DNA of 63,942 nucleotides, the filler included, from Octopus bimaculoides (taxonomy: Eukaryota), in assembly GCF_001194135.2 (NCBI RefSeq). It is 4 parts of 4 records of this genome, joined end to end, with 100 filler letters (N's around TTAATTAATTAA, not from the genome) between each part and the next. Parts side by side here need not be neighbours in the genome. Positions count along the whole stretch, not along the records: positions 1 to 28,588 come from NC_068993.1; 3 more parts are not named here. One strand, 5' to 3'. This document shows, in pieces, positions 12,634 to 25,630 of this stretch. Position 1 is the first letter of the stretch. Each line of letters starts with the position of its first letter. The translations under genes were made by a program, and so were the position numbers. The notes beneath the pieces were generated by a model. It made no database searches. It was given only the letters and a program-made list of their open reading frames with translations, and was not told the DNA's origin.

Positions 12634-12718
12634 CAGGGTGTCCACAAAGTCTGGGTACATGGGGATTAACACATACTTTAAGAAATTACTATTTCTTATA
12701 TTCAAAAGTTTATATTAT
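12634..12718. mobile_element. solo Tc1/mariner-type terminus
   Basis: TA|CAGGGTGTCCACAAAGTC; same CAGGGTG start as the maT element at 35684; no matching partner end found. Confidence 0.45.
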
Positions 12719-12984
12719 GTGACTGAGTGTGTATGTGCACGCGCACACACAGTGTGTGGACATGTGCATGTGCATGTGTACACATGTATATGTATGTGTG
12801 GGTGTTTGTTTGTTTACCCTGAAAATCGTAAGCCTTTGAAGCCATAGGGAATAACAGATTATTTACTTAAAAAATAGATAAGGCTAGCCACAGGAAGGGC
12901 ATCTGGTTATAAAACACTGCCTCAGTAATGTATTCATGCAAACCATGGGAACATACAAAAATTGACAAACGAATATATATATAC

Positions 12985-13024
<40 letters not shown>

Positions 13025-13025
<1 letters not shown>

Positions 13026-13250
13026 CTTGTCATTGTGGTTTTGTGGCATGAAGCGAAGCCATCCACTCAAGAAAACACATAGTAAATGATTCACAAGCAC
13101 TCAGGCAAACCGAGTCCTCAACTTGTCCCATTTGCCAAAAAGTTTGCAATGTACCAGCGGGCCTCAAGAGATACATTCATATCCATAGAACATGATTACC
13201 ACTTTATTTTACAGAACCCTCATTTGTCGTTCATGACGAGAGAATCCATG
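13025..13250 (+). mobile_element. RTE-type LINE 3' end with two degenerate C2H2-like fingers
   Basis: One frame reads CHCGFVA*SEAIHSRKH...STCPICQKVCNVPAGLKRYIHIHRT*, followed by a short UTR. There is no TGEKP linker. Confidence 0.6.
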
Positions 13251-13282
<32 letters not shown>

Positions 13283-13721
13283 TAACAAGACGAATGTGTA
13301 TGTGCGTACGAGACTTTGTGTCACCTGTCTCAAAACCAGTGCTGTTTATGATGTTGGTGTGTGTCTTTAGGTCCATTAGTGTAGGAACACAAAAGTACCT
13401 GATTGAACTTAGTACTACTGTCTGTCTGTCTGCCAGTCTCTCTCTGACGTCAGCAATGATGCAGCCAATCAGGAGTCCTCTTCATACATGCAGTTACAGA
13501 CATCAAGAAATATAGCATTATATACATATATATGCATGTATCTAATATACACACACACGTGTATGTGTGTGTGTATATATATATATACACATACATGTAG
13601 GTGATTTAAAAGACATATTTTTGCCTTGTCTTTTAAATTCTCCATTTCTTCCTGCCCATGTGGCAAATAAAGAAATCAATGTTACTGCCACCACCATCAT
13701 TACCATATACCATTATATGTA

Positions 13722-13760
<39 letters not shown>

Positions 13761-14046
13761 CAAGGAACTTAATCTCAGTCTTTGATCTTGAAACAAGATA
13801 AAAACTATTAGCTAAAGAGTGAAGAAAAAACATCAGATGCAAGTAAAAAAAAAAAAAAAAAAACCCACACACAGTCACACACTCAGACTCAGTAATCTTC
13901 ATCAGATATGTTTTATGTACACACACACACACACACACAAATATACACACATATACATACAAAGAGTTTACACACTCATTGAAATAACATCTATTTTCCT
14001 CACAAAATTATATATATTTTTTTGTGTACGTATGTATAAAAACCTT

Positions 14047-14080
<34 letters not shown>

Positions 14081-14961
14081 CCATACACACACACATACAT
14101 ACAATAATATACACACCCTGATATATACTTCAAGCATTCAGAGTATACACAATTTATACTGTTCGAATGTAATGATTCATGCCAACAGAATATATAATTT
14201 TCAATATCTTTTCAGATTCTTTTCATATATTATATATATATGCATGTGTGTGTGAGTGTATATACATATATGTGTGTATATATGCACACACACTATTCCT
14301 GCATCTGATCTCACCCTCCAGCACACACATGCATATAAACCCCTCCCACATATGCACTCTCTCTTTCACACACACACACATACACACACAACCCTTTCAA
14401 ATGTTCTATTCCTTATATATGTATATAACTGTGATAATCACAAACCAACGAGAAGAGCCCCAGTGCAAGTGTTCAAACTACTAGAAATAGTAGTGCAACC
14501 TACCCTCAAAACTATACTCGACAATGTAATCTTAAGACACACAGCATCCAAAAACAAAACAAAAACAAGAAAAGAAAAACCCAATAGCAAAGATAGGATG
14601 TTGACAGTTAAATGTTCATGTGGATACATGGAAAACAATAATTTCGATATTCACAAGCAAAGAAAATGCCTGTATATGATTGCATGACATGTTAGAAATA
14701 ACAGCCAAAGGTCTGGTCATTTCCAGTGGCAACACTAAACACTCCTTGTTTCTTCTAGTCAGATGAAGATGGGGAGAAGTCTCAAAAGGTCAAATTTCAT
14801 GGAGGTAGACAAAGAACTACAGGTCGTGAAGACACTGTGTTAAGAAAGACACGTCCAAACATACAAACATGACAAGAATGGATGCAAGATGGTGGTGGCG
14901 ATGATAGTGATGATGATGATGATGATGATGATAATGGTGATGATGATGCTTATGGTGATGA

Positions 14962-15262
14962 TTACCTTTCACTTGTTTCAGTCATTGGATGTGGCCATGC
15001 TGGAGTATTAGCTGCAAGAAAGAATTTTAGTCGAACACTTGGTTTTTTTTAAAGCCTGATATTTATTCTATTGGTCTCTTTTGCCAAACTGCAAAGTGAC
15101 ATGGATGTAAACATACCAACACCAGTGGTCAAGTAGTGGTGCGGGACACACACACACACTTCAGTTTTCGTCTATCAAATCCATTCACAAGGCTCTGGTT
15201 GGCCAGTGGTTATAATAAAGGACATTTGCCCAAGATGCCACACAGTGGAAATGAACTTGGAA
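14962..15262 (-). mobile_element. SINE A, degenerate
   Basis: CACTTGTTTCAGTCATTGGATGTGGCCATGCTGGAG...GAACTTGGAACCATGTGG. Confidence 0.75.
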
Positions 15263-15735
15263 CCATGTGGTGGGGAAGCAAATGTCTTACCACACATCCA
15301 CACCTGGTGATGATAATGATGATGATGATGACGATGATGGTGGTTGAATATTCCACAGCCACTGACCTCCCTAATGTAAACCCAGGGTAGAATCAGTGTC
15401 ATAGAAAGTGGAACGTGGCAGGTTTTTTGAATTATGGGTGCAATCAATCCATGGGGCTTTACACAGTCTTCTGTCAACTCAGTTGCACTCACGTGGCCTA
15501 GGTCAACATGTGGATATAGTAGAAACCACATGTTTGAGGCGCCATGAAGTAGGGATCGAATCCTGGGCCTTAACATTGAGGAGCAAATTTCTTAACTACA
15601 CAGGGATGTTTCTGTCTACAACTACACATTAAAACATAGGCATACATAGATGCAGGCATATATACACACACATAAAGAAACATATACACAGACACACATA
15701 AATACATACCTATATATTATATATATATATATGTG

Positions 15736-15785
<50 letters not shown>

Positions 15786-16434
15786 CACACACACACACAC
15801 AAGTATATACATACATACATGCACTTATTCTCATTTATGTATATATATATATACACAAGTATACATATATACATGCACTTATTCTCATATATGTATGTAT
15901 ATATATATNNNNNNNNNNTTTTTAGAGGCAATGCATTAGATGTTTCCATTAATAATTGTTCTTCAACAACAAGAGGATCAATAATTTATTTCTATTCTTT
16001 TAAAACTGACCGGTTCTAACAGATCTGGGTTTGTAATGCTAGCTATTCACTGATTGATTAACCAATAAATATATATAACTGACTCTGTGGCAGAGAGAAA
16101 GAGAAAGAGAGAGAGAGAGAGAGAGTTAAGGTGTAGGAAGGAGGGAGGGTGTTGTGAATAGATTCCAGAACAACTGTTGATTATAAAGAATGCATTTACC
16201 ATGTTTAGACATATAAATAGATACATCTATGTGAGTGTGTGTTTATGAGAGAGAGAGAGAGCGAGACGGGGAAGTGAGAGAAGAGTGAGTATTCCACAGA
16301 CTTATATCCTGCACAGGAAGCAGTCCTTGAAGAGTGAATTTGAAAGAACACCTGGGACTGAGATAGAAACCTTCATCTGCTTTTGACTACCAAACTGACA
16401 CATTACCATCACAAACATCACTTATTATCATCAT

Positions 16435-16575
16435 AATTATTTAACGTTCATTTTCCATGCTGGTATGGGTTGGATGGTGTGACAGGAGCTGGCTAGGCCA
16501 GGAGCCACATCTGGTTCCAGTCTGTTTTGGCAGGGTTTCTACAGCTGGATGCCCTTCGAAACGCCAACCTATTTA
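16435..16575 (-). mobile_element. RTE 3' tail fragment
   Basis: TTTAACGTTCATTTTCCATGCTGG...TTTCTACAGCTGGATGCCCTTC matches 56130-56250 in reverse. Confidence 0.7.
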
Positions 16576-16595
16576 GATGAATATGAGAGGAGTTT

Positions 16596-16653
16596 CATTT
16601 ACACATTCAAATATCGTGTCTAGTTACTGCGGAAAGACTTTATAAACACCCTG
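16596..16653. mobile_element. solo Tc1/mariner-type terminus
   Basis: ...GACTTTATAAACACCCTG|TA. Confidence 0.4.
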
Positions 16654-17388
16654 TATATATACACACACGCATTCATTCATTCATTTCTTTCGATAGCTAG
16701 ATGAATGTATTATCTAAATGATGTTTTACATCCAGATGCTCATCATGTTAATAACCCTAACTTGTCTTTCACGTTATGGATCACAGATTTCAAGTTTGCA
16801 AAAGGCTGAAGTGAGTGGAGAACTCGCAGACAGAACTGGCGCTCGCGCAAATATAAACACATGCATGTGCATGCACAAACACACACACACACTAGATGGG
16901 ATTCTTCCAGTTTCCATCTACTGTATTCATTCACAAGGTTTTGGTTGACCAAGCACTATAGTAGAATGCACTTGCACAAGGTGATACAACGTGGGACTGA
17001 ACTTGAAACCTTATGGTTAGGAAGTGAACTTCTTAACCATACAGCCATGTATACATAGATACATATACATATATGATATATCATCATACAGACACATATT
17101 CATACACATACTTACACAAACGCATATACACATATACAAACAGCCATATAAACGCTAGACATATTAAATAGATAGATAGACTGATATGTACGGATATATC
17201 TATCTGACAACAAGTGTTGTGTGAGAACCATTTGTGTATGAAAAACCCAAACAACAATCAGTTTTAATGTTCAAACTGATAATCATTTATCTATTTTGGG
17301 ATTCTTTGTCTATGTATATATTAAGAAATACGCACTGAGAGCATTTCTTTTGAACTTGCAAACCATTGATGCTTCATATAAAAACACA

Positions 17389-17445
<57 letters not shown>

Positions 17446-17807
17446 CACATATATTCATTCAGTTCCATAGGAATATGTGCATGTGAGACTTGAGTGTGAG
17501 TAGCTCTGAGAGCTGACTGAGAAGAGTCTATGATATAGGTTCTAGTCGCATATGAATGCTTTCACACTTCGCTTACTCGCTACACCTACAATTTTCCATC
17601 TGTTGCCGTTTTGCCTTAAAAGGGACGAAACCCCAACAAATGTGAATTACACTTGAGGAAGTGTGTGAAATGAAACTGCAACTTTTGTTCACAAGTCAAT
17701 GAACCATCAAAACATGTTAGATCTTTTCATGTGCATGTGTGCATATGTATACATGTATGTGTTCGAGTGTGTGTATGTGTGCATGCATGCATGCATGTGT
17801 ATACATA

Positions 17808-18125
17808 TTCTTTTACTTGTTCTAGTCATTAGACAGCATCCATCCTGGGGGCATTGCCTTGAAGAATTTAGTTGAACAAATCAACCCCAGTACTTATTCC
17901 ATCAGTCCTTTTTTTGTCAAAATGCAAAGTTACAAGGATGTAAACAAACCAACACTGGTTGTCAAGTGTTGATGGGACAAACACAAAAACACATATAGAT
18001 ATATAAACACACACATATATATGACAGGTTTCTTTCGGTTTCCCACTCACAGAACTTTGTTTGGCCTAGGGCTATAGTAGAAGATTCTTGCCCAAAGTAC
18101 CATGCAGTGGGACCAAACCTAGACC
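17808..18125 (-). mobile_element. SINE A, degenerate, abutting a SINE E tail (18128-18190, +)
   Basis: A tail/core, then CACTTGCATGTTAATTTTACGAGCAGG, which matches the reverse complement of 24370-24410. Confidence 0.65.
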
Positions 18126-18272
18126 CACTTGCATGTTAATTTTACGAGCAGGGTGTTCCGCTGATCAGAACCCTCATTGCCATAGCCAATGGTGTGCTAG
18201 TTTAAGGGTGATATTAGCAATATAGCTGCTACCTAAGTGATATCAATGTAGAAACTCTAAGAGACAAACATT

Positions 18273-18303
<31 letters not shown>

Positions 18304-18684
18304 AGACATCTATCAAGTTCTACCTGGTAAATTTTGCTCACAGGACACTGATTGGTTATAACTAAAAGAAACTTGTGCAAAGTAACACACAATGGGATGG
18401 AACTTGAGACCATGCGGTTGAGAAACGCATACAGAGTCACACAGGTACGTTATATTTCTGAATAATCTATCAGTGTATTTTCAAATACTAGAGTCACAGA
18501 GATCAATGCTCTAAAGTATAACAAAAATGATGTGTGTATGTATATATACAGATGTGTATGTATAAATGTATGTGCATATATATATATATGTATATATATA
18601 CACACACAGATATATGTATCTATGTATGTACAGATATATATATACACACACACACACACACATATACATATATATGCATCTATG

Positions 18685-18722
<38 letters not shown>

Positions 18723-19683
18723 TATGTATATTGAAGTTGTACCTGCTTAGCAAGTTATAAGGTCCATAATTGTGTGTGCAAATAATTGCATACTAGATGC
18801 ATTAAGAGGAGCTCGTTTAAAAGGCAAACACAGGCGCACACACGCATGCCATTGTCATAATGAGAGATGTGGAGGAACCGCTAGGTGTCAATGACCGGGT
18901 CTTTGGAGAAGTACAATAAAAACAACACAAACACACACACAAAAAAGAAAACCAAAACAAAACGATAAGAACCTTTTGACACTTTATATTATATCATACT
19001 ATCAAGAAATAAAATAAAGGCCAATACTACAGTATGTATATATACATATATATATATATANNNNNNNNNNNNNNNNNNNNNNNNNNNNNNNNNNNNNNNN
19101 NNNNNNNNNNNNNNNNNNNNNNNNNNNNNNNNNNNNNNNNNNNNNNNNNNNNNNNNNNNNNNNNNNNNNNNNNNNNNNNNNNNNNNNNNNNNNNNNNNNN
19201 NNNNNNNNNNNNNNNNNNNNNNNNNNNNNNNNNNNNNNNNNNNNNNNNNNNNNNNNNNNNNNNNNNNNNNNNNNNNNNNNNNNNNNNNNNNNNNNNNNNN
19301 NNNNNNNNNNNNNNNNNNNNNNNNNNNNNNNNNNNNNNNNNNNNNNNNNNNNNNNNNNNNNNNNNNNNNNNNNNNNNNNNNNNNNNNNNNNNNNNNNNNN
19401 NNNNNNNNNNNNNNNNNNNNNNNNNNNNNNNNNNNNNNNNNNNNNNNNNNNNNNNNNNNNNNNNNNNNNNNNNNNNNNNNNNNNNNNNNNNNNNNNNNNN
19501 NNNNNNNNNNNNNNNNNNNNNNNNNNNNNNNNNNNNNNNNNNNNNNNNNNNNNNNNNNNNNNNNNNNNNNNNNNNNNNNNNNNNNNNNNNNNNNNNNNNN
19601 NNNNNNNNNNNNNNNNNNNNNNNNNNNNNNNNNNNNNNNNNNNNNNNNNNNNNNNNNNNNNNNNNNNNNNNNNNNNNNNNNNN

Positions 19684-20217
19684 CATTCATGAGCACCTGG
19701 TAAAGCTTGGGTACACAAATCACTACGACGTTTGGGTACCACATGAGTTGAGTGAGAAGAACCTTTTGGATCGCATTTCCATCTGTGATTCGCTTTATAA
19801 ACAATAACGCGCTTTTTTAAAAGTAAATTGTGACAGGTGATGAGAAATGGATTATCTACCGAAATGTTCAGAGAAAGCGATCCTGGAGTAAGCAACATGA
19901 GCCACCCTTAGCCACCCCAAAAGCAGGTCTTCACCCTACAAAAGTCTTACTTTGTGTCTGGTGGGACTGGAAAGGAATTCTGTATTATGAGCTTCTCCCA
20001 AGTAACCAGAAAATTAATTCTGAGAAATACTGCACACAACTGGATGAGTTAAAAGCAGCAATTCAAGAGAAACGTCTAGAATTGGCCAACAGGAAGGGTG
20101 TTGTTTTCCAACATGATAATGCAAGACCACACATTTCTTTGGGAACCAGACAAAAATTGCTGCAGCTCGGCTGGGATGTGTTTACCCTACCCTTCATATT
20201 CACCAGATATTGCTCCT
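19684..20217 (+). mobile_element. mariner transposase relic (DD34D-type catalytic region)
   Basis: WVPHEL, TGDEKW, VLLCVWWD, FQHDNARPH and frameshifted YSPDIAP motifs. In-frame stop near 19805. Ends before the third Asp; the 5' part is probably in the gap at 19061-19683. Confidence 0.95.
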
Positions 20218-20312
20218 GTAGTAAAAGACACTTGCCCAAGGTGCCATGAAGTAGAAGTGAAACAGAACAATGTGGTTTGGAAGCAGACTTCTTAACATAC
20301 AGCCATGCTTGT
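20218..20312 (-). mobile_element. SINE A head fragment truncating the mariner
   Basis: GTAGTAAAAGACACTTGCCCAAGGTGCC...TTCTTAACATACAGCCATGC. Confidence 0.75.
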
Positions 20313-20329
20313 CCCTTTTTTAACCCTAC

Positions 20330-20700
20330 GTCCATGAAACATTGGAAACAAACCGAAGACTTCTTTAAATCTGACCCCGCAGAGCACCATTTTAGTAATG
20401 TTCCAATCAGATAGGTGACTTCTGACATTCTTTTAGTCCATTTACTGCAGGAATATCCTCTTAGACGAAATGTGGCTTCTGCCACTCCCACCCGTACCGA
20501 ATGAGGTTTCGACATGTGAGGTGCCGTCTTGTCTATCACATCATATGTCTGGAAAAACATAATGAAAATGTGTTTCCATTGATTGTTATAAATGGTTCTT
20601 TTGACTATTCCAAGAATGCTCTTAGAATTTTTGATTGCAGCTGCAATGTGCTCATAGAAACTTTTAAGACCTTATCAATAATTACATGGAAATCGTTCTT
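20330..20700 (-). mobile_element. degenerate CR1-like LINE RT C-terminal fragment
   Basis: Minus frame FYEHIAAAIKNSKSILGIVKRTIY resembles CR1 F..HI...V.KA..ILG.IKRTF; downstream frames show decayed PH(F/L)..DI and TKLI-like motifs. Confidence 0.6.
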
Positions 20701-21413
20701 TTCTCAAGAACAACAACAACAACAACAAAACAACAGACAACTTCAAAGATTTGGGAGTTATTGTTTTCCCCCCCAACTCTTTTATCTTTTTTTTATAACA
20801 ACAGCGGAACCGTCAATAGGTCTAGAGTTAATAAAATATGGTAGATCATAGAATTATACAATGCATAGTCTTACCAAAATTTCTAAATAGCTCAATGTAA
20901 ATATCTAAAGAAATTCTCTTATTTTTTTCTTCCTCCTCCTCTTCCACCTTCTNNNNNNNNNNGGGGGTGGGGGGATATATTAATGTATATAGTTTAAATA
21001 TGACATTCAGTAAGATGATAATGTGTCAGTTTAAATCTATACCGAGATAACAAAACAATACATAATGATGTGGAATCTTAAAATGAATAAAAACCAGAAA
21101 AGAAGAATGAAGGAAACGGTAAAAAGAACAACAACAATAACAACAACAACGACTACAATGACTACAACTGCTGCTGCTGCTACCTCTGTAAAGTTTCAGA
21201 CAAAAAGGAAATGTAAACTAAACTATATTCTTTGATTATCAAAAATTATTCTTGGCTCTCTCAGAACACGTTTCTTTCTCCTTTTATGCTGTTTTTTTTT
21301 AAAATTATATTTTTACCTGCCACACTAGATTGTTGTAACACATCTTACACAATGGCTATTTTCTCCAGTAATAATTACAGACATACATACATTATATTAT
21401 ATTATATATATAT

Positions 21414-21450
<37 letters not shown>

Positions 21451-21505
21451 TGTATGCATATATATACAAACATGTACATAGTTTTATGTGTGAGTGTGTA
21501 TGTGT

Positions 21506-21539
<34 letters not shown>

Positions 21540-22844
21540 NNNNNNNNNNNNNNNNNNNNNNNNNNNNNNNNNNNNNNNNNNNNNNNNNNNNNNNNNNNNN
21601 NNNNNNNNNNNNNNNNNNNNNNNNNNNNNNNNNNNNNNNNNNNNNNNNNNNNNNNNNNNNNNNNNNNNNNNNNNNNNNNNNNNNNNNNNNNNNNNNNNNN
21701 NNNNNNNNNNNNNNNNNNNNNNNNNNNNNNNNNNNNNNNNNNNNNNNNNNNNNNNNNNNNNNNNNNNNNNNNNNNNNNNNNNNNNNNNNNNNNNNNNNNN
21801 NNNNNNNNNNNNNNNNNNNNNNNNNNNNNNNNNNNNNNNNNNNNNNNNNNNNNNNNNNNNNNNNNNNNNNNNNNNNNNNNNNNNNNNNNNNNNNNNNNNN
21901 NNNNNNNNNNNNNNNNNNNNNNNNNNNNNNNNNNNNNNNNNTATATGGATATATATATATATATATATATGGATATATATATATATAAATGGATATATAT
22001 ATATATAAATATATATAAATATATATATAAATATATATATATATATGGATAGATAAGATAGACAGATATGATAATGATGAAAGATATGTGCAGAGAGAGA
22101 AGGGGAGAGAGGGGGGAGGGTTGTAAGTGTAAACAAGACAAGAAAATGGTGTCAGTCACATCATCTGTGAAGAGATACTAAACAACAGGACAGAAAAAAA
22201 AAAGGTACACAACATTCAAATAAATAAACACAAACACCAAAAATTAAAGCTATAGAAAAAAAAAAAACCAACAGAAATTCCAAATGGCTTTTGCGACATC
22301 TGAAAGAATAACTTTTGACAGATGACACAAGATAGAATTAGCAATACGTCTTAGATTTCTGAAGTCTCTTCAGGCAGTTTACCTTCATTCAATCGACGTC
22401 TAATTGAATGCTGTGTAACAAAAATGGGGGGAAAAGAAAGGAAAAATACTAAGATGTATAGAGATGGGGGGAGGTGGAGAAAGGGAGAGTGAGATAAAGA
22501 GAGAGAGGCTGGGACTGTTGTTTACACGTTACTCAATATGAGCAGCACCTAAGAGGCAGAGATGTCATCTTTATAATATGTAGCCTTCCAAGGATGCAAA
22601 TGTAGATCAAGCTGGAATACATGTGAATGCGTGTATGTTAGTGTATATATGTGGACATGTGCAAGCACGCACACACACACACACACACACACACTGTTCA
22701 ATCCATACAAACACATTATATTCTTCCTGTATTCAGCTATCAGGCAGTGGCCATGCTAAGTTTATGATTCGGAGTCATATTCACTCACAAACATTGTATT
22801 CACATTTATACATACACATACACACACATATATATACACACACA

Positions 22845-22892
<48 letters not shown>

Positions 22893-22967
22893 AACACACA
22901 CACATACACATATATATGCACATATATACATAAGTACATATATACACATATATATATACATACATAC

Positions 22968-23016
<49 letters not shown>

Positions 23017-23160
23017 TATATATAATATATACACATACATATATATACATATATAAACATATATATGTATATATACATATACATATATAAACATATATAC
23101 ATATATATATACATGTATACACATACATATATATACATATACACACACACACACACACAC

Positions 23161-23205
<45 letters not shown>

Positions 23206-23477
23206 TATACTTATTGTTATATTTAGGCATGGTTATCTTTCGCCAATTAAACACATGCACTATTCATTTGATATTCACTTTAGCTTTATTTCATTATCAT
23301 TGTTATTATTATTATTATTATTTATTTTTGTTGTTAGTTTTTTTTTGTCATACATTCTGTGACCTCTTCAGCAACTTTCTGCCCCGTGTGTCCCCTGCCT
23401 ATTCCATTATCAAGAATCTTGCAAACCAAATATATACACACACACACACACACATATATATACATACAAACACACAC

Positions 23478-23520
<43 letters not shown>

Positions 23521-23555
23521 AACACACACACACACGTATATACATACAAACACAC

Positions 23556-23616
<61 letters not shown>

Positions 23617-23660
23617 AACACACACGTATATACATACAAACACACATATATACCACATGA
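22845..23660. repeat. AT/AC compound microsatellite field with higher-order ~60-bp reiterations (23455-23650)
   Basis: Directly visible. Confidence 0.9.
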
Positions 23661-23994
23661 ACACACACCACATTACCTGTGCCATTACCTTTATCATTGT
23701 CATCATTCTTTTTTTTATTTCTAATGATCTTACATAACATGTTCAATAATGTCAGATGTGGACTATGCATTCACAAGATTTTCAAGCTTATGTCATCACA
23801 ATATCTGAAGCATGTGAACACTATCCACAGTTTGGAAGTAACAAAGCATTCTCATACAGCAACAGCAGCTCTACTGACACCAAAAACCACAGCAACAGCA
23901 TTGTCCCCACACGGGTAGCATGACCTGCAAGAAATAGCAGCTAAATAACATGCTACAGTTACGAAAAAGGATTCTAAATAATGCAATGATTATG

Positions 23995-24245
23995 ATGATG
24001 GTATGTGGTTGGACTAGTAGTTAGAGTACTGAACTCACCATCAGTTCATCTTGGGTTCAATTCTTGGAGCAAGCAGTGTGTTGTATCTTTCTTTCAGTAC
24101 TATACTTTATTTCACGTTACTGAGTTTGCTTAGCTAAAAATGATTACCTGTGACAGCTTTTCTAACCTTGCAATGGGGATGGTATCCCATTCGAAAGGGT
24201 GTCCTGTACTCTTAATCACTTAAACACAATAGATAAGTGGGATAA
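23995..24245 (+). mobile_element. SINE family D, degenerate
   Basis: tRNA-like head GGGTTCAATTC, then GTGTTGTATC...TTTATTTCACGTT; similar to 31775-32060 and 48880-49170. Confidence 0.5.
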
Positions 24246-24315
24246 GGAGCAGCCTATAGGGCATTGTAGGTTCAATCTTAAATGGTAAAGTATAAAGTAC
24301 ACACTGGCTCATTTA

Positions 24316-24703
24316 GTTGTTGTTGACACTCCGTTGCTTATGACGTCGAGGGTTCCAGTTGATCCGATCAACGGAACAGCCTGCTCGTGAAATTAACGTA
24401 CAAGTGGCTGAGCACTCCACAGACACGTGTACCCTTAACGTAGTTCTCGGGGATATTCAGCGTGACACAGTGTGACAAGGCTGGCCCTTTGAATTACAGG
24501 CACAACAGAAACAGGAAGTAAGAGTGAGAGAAAGTTGTGGTGGAAGAGTACAGCAGGGCTCGCCACCATCCCCTGCCGGAGCCTCATGGAGCTTTTAGGT
24601 GTTTTCGCTTAATAAACACTCACAACGCCCGGCCTGGGAATCGAAACCGCAATCCTATGACCGCGAGTCCGCTGCCCTAACCACTGGATCATTGCGCCTC
24701 CAC
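24316..24703 (-). mobile_element. SINE family E, full length, tRNA-like head, (AAC)n tail
   Basis: Reverse complement head GGAGGCGCAATGATCCAGTGGTTAGGGCAGCGG...GGTTTCGATTCCC; flanking TSD TCATT[T/G]AGTTG; CpG-rich. Confidence 0.85.
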
Positions 24704-24807
24704 GTCATTGAGTTGGAAGCATTATATATGAATAACAGATGGGATGACCATATCTGGAACAATTTTGATCAGGAAAACAACAAAAACAACAACTGCCACC
24801 TCTCTCT

Positions 24808-25202
24808 CTTTTCTACTTGTTTCAGTCATTTGACTGCGGCCATGCTGGAGCACCGCCTTTAGTCAAGTAAATCAACCCCGGGACTTATTCTTTGTAAGCC
24901 TAGAACTTATTCTATCGGTCTCTTTTTGCCAAACCGCTAATTGACGGGGACGTAAACACACCAGCATCGGCTGTCAAGCAATGCTAGGGGGACAAACACA
25001 GACACACAAACACACACATATATATACATACATATATACGACGGGCTTCTTTCAGTTTCCGTCTACCAAATCCATTCACAAGGCTTTGGTCGGCCCAAGG
25101 CTATAGTAGAAGACACTTGTCCAAAATGTCACGCAGAGGGACTGAACCCGGAACCATGTGGTTGGTAAGCAAGCTACTTACCACACAGCCACCCCTGCGC
25201 CT
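24808..25202 (-). mobile_element. SINE family A, full length
   Basis: Near-identical to 8347-8778 and 44141-44546. Confidence 0.9.
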
Positions 25203-25504
25203 AACATTATCATCATCAATTTCAGGCCTGCTCTTCTAGGCTGGTATTAACTGCATATATCTGAGATGCAGTGTCTTGACATTGCACACTTCATCTCAAG
25301 AGGTTAATCCTAGCTTTAGCTTGCATGCATCTGCATTGAAGCATTTTCCTAAAGTGTTTTGACATTAAGACGATGCCAGCTTTGGTTGCATATATCAACA
25401 ATGCAGTTATGCTACTTCTGTTGTTTAGCTCTAGCTAGCCCCAACTGAGTGGACTTATGGTCAAAGGCATCTCGGTTCTGACCATTTCAGCCTTTTAATC
25501 AATG

Positions 25505-25630
25505 CAGGCATAGCTGTGTAGAGGTTAGAAAATTTACTTTGCAACCATGTGGTTTGAGTTCAGTCCCACTGTATGGCACCTTGCTTGAGTATCTTCTGGT
25601 ATAGTCCCAGGCCAATCAAAGCCATTGTGT
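25505..25630 (+). mobile_element. SINE A head/core
   Basis: ATAGCTGTGTAG...TTCAGTCCCACTG...GGCCAATCAAAGCC; inverted relative to 24808-25202. Confidence 0.7.

Noticed and set aside
12634-16653. One 4-kb Tc1/mariner element bounded by CAGGGTG ends
   Set aside because: TIRs diverge after about 10 bp, and there is no transposase between them.
17577-17614. 38-nt minus exon reading QNGNRWKIVGVA (trypsin-like)
   Set aside because: Too short, with no other protease motifs in the window.
20063-20560. 165-aa minus ORF with a strong TTTTTCCAG acceptor as a host exon
   Set aside because: The upstream in-frame sequence resembles CR1 RT; better explained as a LINE relic running into SINE and mariner antisense sequence.
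24620-24703. tRNA gene (also other SINE heads)
   Set aside because: No complete acceptor stem or terminator; embedded in a repeated SINE with tail and TSD.
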